From positions 25,853 through 89,852 of the forward strand of contig PWUU01000096.1 of NCBI GenBank assembly GCA_003562475.1: a stretch of DNA of 64,000 bases, written 5' to 3'. Position numbers and translations under genes: made by a program. Source of the DNA: Dehalococcoidia bacterium (lineage in GTDB: Bacteria; Chloroflexota; Dehalococcoidia; GIF9; AB-539-J10). The notes under the pieces were generated by a model. The model saw only the letters and a list, made by a program, of their open reading frames with translations. It was not told the origin of the DNA and did not search any database. Numbering within the stretch: position 1 is the first letter of the stretch; each line of letters starts with the position of its first letter. Below, one piece after another: positions 56,061-64,000 of the stretch.

Positions 56061-57587
56061 ATGAGAAGTCTTTCCATAAGAAGACGGCTCTCCTGGAAAT
56101 CCCTGGTCCTCCACCCGGTGCTGTTTGCCGCCTTTCCCATCCTCTTTCTCTATGCACACAACATACACCAGACATCGGCAAGCCAGATGTGGCTGCCGCT
56201 GGGAGTCTCGGTAGCTGCAACCGTGGTGCTGTGGGCAGCCTTGAGCCTCATACTCAGGAGTGTCGTCAAGGCGGCACTGGCAACCACGATACTCGTATTC
56301 TTCTTCTTCAACTACGGGCGCTTCTACGAGCTAATAGAGCACCAGGGAGTATGGGTGCCCCGACATGCCTATCTGCTGCCCAGTGTGCTGTTCTTCTGGG
56401 GCTACTGCACCTACTTCATCAAGCTTGTCCGCCGCGATTTCGCTCTCACCACAAGGATACTCAACGTAGCAGCGGTCGCTCTGATTGCCGTGAACCTGTT
56501 GAACATCGGCAGCTATCAAATCAGACTGGCCAGAGTGGAGGCGGTCGCACCGGCGGAGACGCCAGAGCATACTATCGGCCCGGCAGACATCAGCACCCTG
56601 CCCGATATCTATTTCATAATCCTGGACAATTACGCCCATCCCGATACCATGCTGGAATGGTACGATTACGATAACAGCGAGTTTATCAACAGCCTGGAGG
56701 ACAAAGGCTTCTTCGTAGCCCACGGGAGTCGGACGCGGACGCCAAGTTCACCACAGTGCATTGCCCAAGTGCTGAGTATGGAATATCTTACTCCGGGATG
56801 GTACTTTGACGCCGACATCAGGAACTATGTTGAACATGAATCTGGTGTGACATATCATGAGTCTTATACTTGGAACGATATCACATTCAGAAAGATAACT
56901 TACAGTAGGGTGGCAGATTTACTCCGGGCACAGGGGTATCGATACATTGCCTTTGGGAACGACGTTTCCAATGCCAGATGGGATAACTATATGGAGGACA
57001 ACACCGACCTCTACTTCAACTACTTTGTAGAAGCTGCCACTTCCTGGGTATCGGAGTTCCAGGAGACCCTGTGGAACACCACCATGCTCAGGCCCTTCTA
57101 CTATGAGCTTGTCGGAAGTCACTATGAAACTGCCTTGCGGCGCATGACTTTGGGTACAATTCAGCACCTTAAGGTAATCCCTGAAGTGGAAGGACCAAAA
57201 TTTGTTTTTGCCTATGTCAACTGTCCCCACACACCATTCGTCTTTGGCCCGCAAGGCGAATATGTTGACCCAATCAACTGGCAAAACCGTGACGACAAAC
57301 AATTCTACCTCGGACAGTACATTTTTATTTCCAGGGAGATAGAAAATGTGGTGGATGTACTGCTTACACAGTCGGAAGTCCCGCCGGTTATCGTCCTGCA
57401 GTCAGACCACGGTCTGAGGAGAGGTTATCCCGTCGGCGGCAGCGAATGGAAGAAGATACTTAATGCCATGTATCTGCCGGGCATGGATTACGATGAACTG
57501 TCGGAATCCATATCGCCTGTGAATACATTCCGGCTGATATTCAACCACTACTTCGGCGCGGAGTATCCACTATTGGAGGACGATTAA
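56061..57587 (+). CDS. Membrane-anchored sulfatase-like (alkaline-phosphatase superfamily) hydrolase/transferase
   Basis: About 5 N-terminal TM helices, then IYFIILDNYAHPD, NCPHTPF and VLQSDHG. The start is ATG 56061, or alternatively 56025. Confidence 0.65.
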   Translation: MRSLSIRRRLSWKSLVLHPVLFAAFPILFLYAHNIHQTSASQMWLPLGVSVAATVVLWAALSLILRSVVKAALATTILVFFFFNYGRFYELIEHQGVWVPRHAYLLPSVLFFWGYCTYFIKLVRRDFALTTRILNVAAVALIAVNLLNIGSYQIRLARVEAVAPAETPEHTIGPADISTLPDIYFIILDNYAHPDTMLEWYDYDNSEFINSLEDKGFFVAHGSRTRTPSSPQCIAQVLSMEYLTPGWYFDADIRNYVEHESGVTYHESYTWNDITFRKITYSRVADLLRAQGYRYIAFGNDVSNARWDNYMEDNTDLYFNYFVEAATSWVSEFQETLWNTTMLRPFYYELVGSHYETALRRMTLGTIQHLKVIPEVEGPKFVFAYVNCPHTPFVFGPQGEYVDPINWQNRDDKQFYLGQYIFISREIENVVDVLLTQSEVPPVIVLQSDHGLRRGYPVGGSEWKKILNAMYLPGMDYDELSESISPVNTFRLIFNHYFGAEYPLLEDD

Positions 57588-57621
57588 TGGGAGTTTGTTA
57601 ACTGCACAAAGCATCCAGTCT

Positions 57622-57701
57622 TCTCTCCCCTGGCGGGAGAGAGTTAGAGTGAGGGGGAGAGTCACCCTCACCGAGACCCTCTCCCTTCGAGGAAGAGGGT
57701 C
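57622..57701 (+). repeat. Three consecutive GC-rich hairpins built from GGGAGAG / GTGAGGG / AGAGGGTC motifs (terminator or repeat element)
   Basis: Hairpin 1: TCTCTCCC..GGGAGAGA at 57622-57642. Hairpin 2: GTGAGGG..CCCTCAC at 57649-57671. Hairpin 3: GACCCTCT..AGAGGGTC at 57675-57701. Confidence 0.6.
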
Positions 57702-57713
57702 TTAAACAGAATC

Positions 57714-58271
57714 ATGCGGAGGACTATAGGTACCAGGTCAATGAGAAGCTGGTTCAACGCCCACAGGAAACCGCTGATCACTCACATGTCAATCATCGCG
57801 GGATTTGTGCTGGTGGTAATCTTTGTGGCCGAGCCTCTGTTTGACAGGCTTGAGGCGATTCCGGGGGAGGCGCAGCTGCATCGGTTTGAGTTACCCGCCG
57901 CAACCAACGGTATGAGGAGGGCCATTGACGAATTCCAAACCGACGGGCGCACCACGGTAGAAGTACGGGGGTGGGCGTTCATTGAGGGCCAGGACTCTGA
58001 AAACAGCGAAATTTTCGTAGCCTTGGAATCAGCCGACCGGACCTATGTCTTCGACACCATGATGCGAGAGAGGACGGACGTCACCCGGCATTTTGAGGAG
58101 CTAGGTCTGAACTTGGACCACTCTGGATTCAGCGCTCTCATTCCGACACGGAGAATAGCCGATGGCGAATATACCGTCGGAATCTACATCAGGAAGGACG
58201 AGACCGAAGCGCTTCAGTACACGAACAGGTCCTTAGTTAAGTCAAGAGGCACCATAGAACTACGCGGTTGA
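57714..58271 (+). CDS. Hypothetical membrane-anchored protein
   Basis: A single TM helix (IIAGFVLVVIFVA), then a soluble, beta-rich-looking domain of about 130 aa (VEVRGWAFIEG..YTVGIYIRK). I recognise no family. Confidence 0.5.
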   Translation: MRRTIGTRSMRSWFNAHRKPLITHMSIIAGFVLVVIFVAEPLFDRLEAIPGEAQLHRFELPAATNGMRRAIDEFQTDGRTTVEVRGWAFIEGQDSENSEIFVALESADRTYVFDTMMRERTDVTRHFEELGLNLDHSGFSALIPTRRIADGEYTVGIYIRKDETEALQYTNRSLVKSRGTIELRG

Positions 58272-58310
58272 TTAGCGGCCTGAGGGCGCTCTGAACACGC
58301 CATAGGGGTG

Positions 58311-59237
58311 CTACAGGCGACTGATCCAGTGCCATGTCCTTTCTATCCCTTCCTGCAAACTCGTGCCTGGTTGCCAGCCGACTTCATCGCGTAGTCGCGA
58401 GATGTCGAGGACAATCTTCTGCACACGAACGATAGTGTCCTCTGCATAAACCGGCTCTATCGTCCTGCCGACTAGACCGGACATCACTTCAATCAAGTGG
58501 TTGAGGGAGGTGCCGGCACCACTTCCCACATTGAATACTTTGTAAGGCGTCTTCTTCTCCAGAAGTGCGATCGTTGCCTGCACTGCATCACCCACGTAAA
58601 GGTAATCCCTCTCCACGGAACCGTCGCCATAGACAATCGGACGCTCGCCCAGCTTAATCCTGTTCAACAGGACAGGTATTACCCCCTGTTGACCGTGCGG
58701 ACTCTGTCTCTCCCCGTAAGGGTTTGAGTACCTTAGAATGAGGTAATCCAGTCCATAAGCGCGATTGAAGTAGTTCAAATACTTTTCGATGACCAGTTTG
58801 GATATACCATAGGGGTCCATCGGGTTAAGGGCATGCGTCTCGTGAACCGGCAGACTGGTCGGTTCGCCGTATATTGTTCCACCGGAGGAAGGGAATATTA
58901 CTCTCTTTACTTTGCTGTTCACTGCAAGCTGTAGTAGCCTTACTGTCCCTACAACGTTCGTCTGGACGTCGTAAATGGGGTCTTTGATGGCGGTGGCCGG
59001 GACGGTTGTACCGATGTAGTGGAAAACGTAGTCCATGTCCTGCAAAGCCTGGAGCACATCTGCCTGGTTGAGGAAATCACCTTTCATAATCTCAATTTTG
59101 CCCTTAACAGTCTCCAGGTTCGTCGTCCCGGTCTGGAAACTATCAAAAACCCTGACATCGTATCCCCTCTTGAGCAATCTCTCCGCGAGATGCGAACCCA
59201 GAAATCCATTCCCACCAAGAATCAAGCACGTGGTCAT
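58311..59237 (-). CDS. NAD-dependent epimerase/dehydratase (GalE-like SDR)
   Basis: LILGGNGFLGSHLAERL, PSSGGTIYG, YGISKLVIEKY. Confidence 0.88.
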   Translation of the reverse strand: MTTCLILGGNGFLGSHLAERLLKRGYDVRVFDSFQTGTTNLETVKGKIEIMKGDFLNQADVLQALQDMDYVFHYIGTTVPATAIKDPIYDVQTNVVGTVRLLQLAVNSKVKRVIFPSSGGTIYGEPTSLPVHETHALNPMDPYGISKLVIEKYLNYFNRAYGLDYLILRYSNPYGERQSPHGQQGVIPVLLNRIKLGERPIVYGDGSVERDYLYVGDAVQATIALLEKKTPYKVFNVGSGAGTSLNHLIEVMSGLVGRTIEPVYAEDTIVRVQKIVLDISRLRDEVGWQPGTSLQEGIERTWHWISRL

Positions 59238-59243
59238 TCCAAT

Positions 59244-59411
59244 TCACCACAGAACGAAATGTCCAAGCCGGTTCCAAAGATCAGCATCTCTAGCATAGCC
59301 AAGATACATCGGCAGTATATCATTCTCCCAATACTTGGCTAATCGACTTCCGTCAAAGTCCAACCAATGTACTGACCACTGAAAGCTGACGAATAGTCTT
59401 GCGATTGCCAA
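59244..59411 (-). CDS. Unlisted 55-codon ORF (TTG start) or remnant of a decayed gene
   Basis: My manual translation is (M)AIARLFVSFQWSVHWLDFDGSRLAKYWENDILPMYLGYARDADLWNRLGHFVLW*. It looks protein-like and ends 6 nt before the epimerase ATG. It is below the 60-aa track cutoff. Confidence 0.25.
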   Translation of the reverse strand: MAIARLFVSFQWSVHWLDFDGSRLAKYWENDILPMYLGYARDADLWNRLGHFVLW

Positions 59412-59529
59412 GTCGATACGCCTGTGTCAATTCTCCAGAGTCTATTCGAGAGTGTCCTCAAGTCCCGATCCCGAGAGCGACCATCTGTAACGGTATTTCA
59501 AGCCGTTCACGCAACTCTCGCTGAATGAC

Positions 59530-60459
59530 TCAAATCTCTCTTGCGTATTTCGATCGAAAACGCATATGATGCGCTCTTCGTTTACGAGTTCTCTCGACAT
59601 AAGAGAAGTTAGGCTCCCGTTCAAACCACGTCGAAATTACCCTGTGGTCAATCATACTATGAATATGACCTATATTGGCCCCAGCTTCTTCCCTATATGG
59701 AACCGATACTAATGATACTTCACATACCTCAAGCAGCTGTCTTGCGAATCTGGCAGCGTCAGAGACATGTTCCATTACCTGAAGACAAGTGCCGAACTCT
59801 ATCTTCTGAGGCGGAACCCATTGTAGAAAATCCTCACGTATCGGCGTAACACCTTTACCTCGGTAAGGGGTTACAGGGTCGATTGAATACTTGATTGGGT
59901 TGCCAGGAAAGAAGTCGAGAAGGGGGGTTCCATTAGACCCGATGTCCGCGACAGCAGACGCTGATCGACCGATAATGTTAATTAGTCTCTTACACACATG
60001 CAAATAGACGAGCTTCGCGCGTGTGTTCCAGTAATCTAACAGCCTCTCTTCGTTAGAGCCGAGTTTAAGTGCGTGATTGTGAATCTTCACCTCGCGTAAA
60101 GCAATTAGAAATCTCGCCTCCGCATTACCCCTCCGGTTTAGACGCGCCAAAATGCGAATAGTGCTGAGGGCATCGTCAAACAGCGCATTCTCAATCTCGA
60201 TCACTGTCCTTGTACGCAAGACGGGGACGTGCAAGTCTGACGGAAACTCGCTGAGCGCTTCATCGCACACTTGTCGTGCTCGATCAACATTGCCTCGATT
60301 TCCCAAGCTGATTGCATGATTTAGAAGAAAGTAAACACCTGGCCGTCTGGGACGAAGCTCACCATAGAGCCGGTCCAATTCATCATGTTGCCCCGCCTTT
60401 CGATATTGTTCGGCAAGACGTGTGTAATACTGATCATCGACAGGAGTATCATGCACCAT
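59530..60459 (-). CDS. Putative SAM-dependent methyltransferase with helical (TPR-like) N-terminal region
   Basis: The C-terminal half reads VADIGSNGTPLLDF...FGTCLQVMEHVSDAARFARQLLEV (a methyltransferase-like fold). The ATG at 60459 overlaps the upstream GT stop by 11 nt. Confidence 0.55.
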   Translation of the reverse strand: MVHDTPVDDQYYTRLAEQYRKAGQHDELDRLYGELRPRRPGVYFLLNHAISLGNRGNVDRARQVCDEALSEFPSDLHVPVLRTRTVIEIENALFDDALSTIRILARLNRRGNAEARFLIALREVKIHNHALKLGSNEERLLDYWNTRAKLVYLHVCKRLINIIGRSASAVADIGSNGTPLLDFFPGNPIKYSIDPVTPYRGKGVTPIREDFLQWVPPQKIEFGTCLQVMEHVSDAARFARQLLEVCEVSLVSVPYREEAGANIGHIHSMIDHRVISTWFEREPNFSYVERTRKRRAHHMRFRSKYAREI

Positions 60460-63400
60460 GTGCCGCCTCAAGCCTCACCACTTCGAGAATATTGTTGACG
60501 GCGTCGCCGACCGGGTCCTGGGGCAGATAGTTCAGCATAGCCTGCTTGGCTCGCCGGCCTATCTCCTCCCACTCGTGGCGGCGTTGATAGGCGCGTTCCA
60601 TAGCATCATCCAGAGCTTCCGGCGTGGGGTCTGAGGCAATGAAGCCGGTTACCCCATCCTCAATCACCTCGGCATGCCCCCCGATATTGGTAACGATGGG
60701 CACGCGTGCCGAGAGCATGGCACTGACCAGCATGATGGGCAGGCCCTCCATCCGTGACGGCAGGAGAATTGCCTGGTTGTGCAGCCAGATTTGGGGGATT
60801 TCGTGCTCGCGCCCGATAAAGGCAATCTTGCCGTGGAAGACAAATTTGTCGCCCAGACCTGCTTTGTTGACCATCTCCTTAAGGCGCTCTTCGTCTGCGC
60901 CCACGCCGTAGAAATCGATGGTGACGTCGCGCTCCTTCCACTTGCCTTGCTTCATCACCTCCACAATCAGGTCCTGGCCTTTGTGCACCAAGAGAATCTT
61001 GGCAGGGACCGCCAAATTGATCCCCTGAGACACAGACGGGAATGGTAGGACAGCATTGGGATTAGTATGGCATGGGTTATAGTGTCGTGCCCATCGGGGA
61101 AGCTCACACCTCAACCTTTGCTCCATCACGCGATGGTTATTCTCGCATGTGAAGAACACTCTCTCAGCTCCAGTGTAGCCATCACGGACCTTATCTTTAC
61201 AGCCCTTCCGGATTGGCCAGAATCGGGGCTCCTTCGTCAGTTGGTTTATGACGACATACGGAATCCCCCGCCTCCGGAGGTCGCCGTAGTACTCGATGCC
61301 CTCGTCCTGGTCTCCTATGGATACCACGACCAGGTCAGGCTCCAGACCGACGATTCTCTCGAACCCCTCTTCTTCCTTGAAGTATGGCTTTATGCCCAAT
61401 TCGGCGAAGTCGTCAAGATAGGGTGGCGGCGGATCCCATTTCCTGATGAGGATGACCACGTCATGTCCGAGCCCGCGGAGTCGCCTGGCGCATTCCCGCC
61501 ACAACACCTCGCTGCCGCCGTCGAAGGAAGCATTATTGGTCGTGATAAAGCCGAATCGGCGGTTTTGCGTTACCTGTGCGGCAATCGCAGCCAGCGTGGC
61601 TCTTACTGCCGGGCATTGGGAGTTCTCATTCACGCCCTCTACTTTGTAGTCCTTGTCCAGGAAATGAACCATTCGTGGTAGCTGGGAAGGATGAATTGGA
61701 AAACTCTCACACATATATTTCTTGACACTGACAACTTCCTCCAGATACTCGATGGTCTTTCCCAAGCTTGCGGTCACGGTGCCACTGTGTCGCCGGAATG
61801 AGTTAAGGGGGCGCGCAATATAGCTCACATCACCGTGCCTGAGTAAGTGCGCGTATAAGAGACGGTCCCCACAGAACCGGGCTCGGGACAGCTCTTTCTC
61901 GATATCCCCGATGGCGCTCCTGCGCAGCAGACAGGCACTGGCGTTGGGCATGGTATTGCGATAGACTAGGTAGTCGACCACCTCGCGGACGCCCAGTTCC
62001 CGGTAATTCTTCCGCCAGCGTTCGGGGTCAAGCTCATTCGTGTGGTGCAAGTTGTCCGGCGCGGTAACAATCCCATTCTCGTCAATCCGCTTGGACTGGC
62101 AGTAGGCGATCACCACGCGCCCGTCCTGCATAGCAGCGGCCAGAGTTGCCAGCGTATCCGGCTCACAGATGTCATCCGCTTCTGCTATCCAGATGAACTC
62201 ACCATTCGCTTCGGCAATCCCCCTTAGCCACTGTTGATATGTGCCGGCATTGGTCTCGTTGCGGATAATGGTGAACGGAATCGAGGATTGCTCAAGGATG
62301 TGCCGGGCTACTTCGATACTGTTATCACTCGATGCGTCGTCGAGGAAGATGATCTCCCGGGGCGTGACGGTCTGATTGATGATACTGACCAGGCGCTCGG
62401 GCAGATAGTGTGCATAATTATAGTTCGGGACAATGACGCTGACATCACAGACTTGTGTTCGCTGGAAAGACGGGGGCAGGCGCGACAGGCTGTCACGGCG
62501 TGAATCGCCAATGATTTGCGTATAGACCTCCCGCAGAGTCTCTGCGAACCTCTGTTTCGCGTATCCGTGCACCGCCACATCCCGCGCTGCCTCACCCATT
62601 TTCGTGATGAGCGACGGTTCCTGTGCAAGTCGTTCAAGACAAAGGGCCGTCCGGTCGACATCCCTATACGGTACCAGGTACCCTGTCTCTCCGTGGACAA
62701 TCAACTCCGGGATAGCTCCCCAGTCATACGCGACGACCGGACGGCGTGCTGCCATCGCCTCCAGAACAGTCCGTCCGAAGGACTCCTGGAAATGAGACAG
62801 GTTGACAACAATATTCACTTTGGATACGGCATCGATGGGTGATTGGATATACCCAACAATATCCAGGTTTGAGTGTCGGCCGTGATGCTTCTGGGCGCGC
62901 CTGATGGCTGCCACATGGTGATTCTGTTCACCTATCAGGAGAAAGCGCAGGTTGGGAGACGTGTCTTTGAGTCTTTCAGCGACTGCTGCAAATTCAAAGA
63001 TTCCTTTCTTGACTATGTTACTACTTATCAGGCCGACGAATACTTGACTTGCGTCAATATCGTTACCTATATCAAATTCGTCGATATCTATGCTGTTCGG
63101 GAGTACAATAGTACGACCCTTTGTATCATAACAAGCGGCGGTTGTCTTAGAGTTTGCAATAATATAGTCTGCATTAGCGACGACTTCTTTGATGATGCTG
63201 TCTGGGCATGCACCAATTTGCCTGCAGAGTGCTTCATCGTGAGAAATGACCTCGCGAGCGTGGACGACAGCAGGGATGCTCTTTCGGCGTGCAGCCATGA
63301 GGGGTTCGCGCAACATGATCGTATTGACGTGCACTGCATCTATGCAGTACCGGTCAATCAGCGCTTCAAATACTGCCACTGTTGCTTGCCGAACGGTCTG

Positions 63401-63937
63401 ACTGGCTCGCCACCAAGGGTAACTGAAGGCGACAACTTCCATGGATCGGGATATGAGCTCAGAGATATACCGAGGATTCTCTGCACCGGGTAAGACTGCC
63501 ACAACATTGTAGCGACATGACACGAAGCCATCCAGCACGTCCAGTAGACTCCATTCAGCGCCGTAGAGTTGCCCTCCAGCGTTGTGGGCACACACGAGTA
63601 TGGTAGGAGAACCAGGATTCTTGGACAGTACTCCGGGAAGCCTCGAGACAGTCGTATTCGATAGACTATCCTGAAACCACGTCAAGCCTTCGTCTTCATG
63701 TCTGCTCTTCGCGTTGAACAATTCGCCACATTGCGGCGCCGTGAGCCATCGCATTACAGCATGGCGCAGCCTTATCGGAACCATTGCTCTGATGCGGAGC
63801 GGGACGGAACTCACATAATAGCGTAAGAGTGCATTGCCGGCACGGCGGAATTGCCCCGTGAACAGCCATCCTATCAGTATGGACGCGCGACGCACGCTCC
63901 GCAGCATCCATTGAAGACCGTGGTATCCAGTGCGCAA
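60449..63937 (-). CDS. Three-domain glycosyltransferase (GT4-like + GT2 + GT4-like), 1162 aa
   Basis: Domain 1: ESFGRTVLEAMAARRPVVAYDWG..GETGYLV. Domain 2: VSVIVPNYNYAHYLPERLVSIINQT..IIFLDDASSDNS..EADD. Domain 3: EGLPIMLVSAMLSARVPIVTNIGG..DGVTGFI. Confidence 0.8.
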   Translation of the reverse strand: MRTGYHGLQWMLRSVRRASILIGWLFTGQFRRAGNALLRYYVSSVPLRIRAMVPIRLRHAVMRWLTAPQCGELFNAKSRHEDEGLTWFQDSLSNTTVSRLPGVLSKNPGSPTILVCAHNAGGQLYGAEWSLLDVLDGFVSCRYNVVAVLPGAENPRYISELISRSMEVVAFSYPWWRASQTVRQATVAVFEALIDRYCIDAVHVNTIMLREPLMAARRKSIPAVVHAREVISHDEALCRQIGACPDSIIKEVVANADYIIANSKTTAACYDTKGRTIVLPNSIDIDEFDIGNDIDASQVFVGLISSNIVKKGIFEFAAVAERLKDTSPNLRFLLIGEQNHHVAAIRRAQKHHGRHSNLDIVGYIQSPIDAVSKVNIVVNLSHFQESFGRTVLEAMAARRPVVAYDWGAIPELIVHGETGYLVPYRDVDRTALCLERLAQEPSLITKMGEAARDVAVHGYAKQRFAETLREVYTQIIGDSRRDSLSRLPPSFQRTQVCDVSVIVPNYNYAHYLPERLVSIINQTVTPREIIFLDDASSDNSIEVARHILEQSSIPFTIIRNETNAGTYQQWLRGIAEANGEFIWIAEADDICEPDTLATLAAAMQDGRVVIAYCQSKRIDENGIVTAPDNLHHTNELDPERWRKNYRELGVREVVDYLVYRNTMPNASACLLRRSAIGDIEKELSRARFCGDRLLYAHLLRHGDVSYIARPLNSFRRHSGTVTASLGKTIEYLEEVVSVKKYMCESFPIHPSQLPRMVHFLDKDYKVEGVNENSQCPAVRATLAAIAAQVTQNRRFGFITTNNASFDGGSEVLWRECARRLRGLGHDVVILIRKWDPPPPYLDDFAELGIKPYFKEEEGFERIVGLEPDLVVVSIGDQDEGIEYYGDLRRRGIPYVVINQLTKEPRFWPIRKGCKDKVRDGYTGAERVFFTCENNHRVMEQRLRCELPRWARHYNPCHTNPNAVLPFPSVSQGINLAVPAKILLVHKGQDLIVEVMKQGKWKERDVTIDFYGVGADEERLKEMVNKAGLGDKFVFHGKIAFIGREHEIPQIWLHNQAILLPSRMEGLPIMLVSAMLSARVPIVTNIGGHAEVIEDGVTGFIASDPTPEALDDAMERAYQRRHEWEEIGRRAKQAMLNYLPQDPVGDAVNNILEVVRLEAAHGA

Positions 63938-64000
63938 TGGTGTGGTGATACGCCACGAATAGGATGAATAGACTGCCGCTCGCTCGGCTTCCAGATTGGT

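Overview
This is a high-GC bacterial chromosomal segment with about 62 supportable protein genes. By eye I found no rRNA, tRNA or CRISPR. The lineage is only a tentative guess (Chloroflexota-like), based on gene content and TATAAT/leaderless start contexts.

**Housekeeping core**
- A partial fdhA, then glpK, a PadR regulator and an HtrA protease.
- One long minus-strand array: rpsF-ssb-rpsR-rpmH-rnpA-yidD-[beta-propeller lipoprotein]-yidC-jag-ileS.
- thiL-tsaE-tsaB followed by a thioesterase/HAD fusion, then ndk, rsfS, ftsH, metG, a GuaB3-like gene and L25/Ctc.
- An OpuC-type osmoprotectant ABC transporter, ggt, mutS2 and an aminotransferase.
- A dehydrogenase/DUF362 cluster, a zinc-ribbon/LemA/M48-peptidase operon, an RluB-like synthase and an MFS transporter.

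**Non-routine parts**
- A 2.2-kb non-coding block (49.4-51.6 kb) is packed with GTAG-headed palindromic units in four stem families. They are arranged in alternating orientation and as higher-order duplications (REP/BIME-like). This block encloses a DUF4258/DUF2283 toxin-antitoxin-like pair.
- A glycan-biosynthesis region (51.6-64 kb) contains UXS, Ugd, a GT2 with an in-frame 42-bp tandem repeat, a sulfatase-like membrane protein, an epimerase, a methyltransferase and a 1162-aa GT4-GT2-GT4 protein. It becomes visibly AT-richer after about 55.7 kb.
- Several genes start 6-10 nt downstream of consensus (extended) -10 boxes and have no Shine-Dalgarno sequence.
- Two decayed genes are present: an IS3-type transposase stub and a frameshifted aminotransferase fragment.

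**Limits**
All calls rest on visual motif recognition in the supplied translations and sequence. No searches were run.
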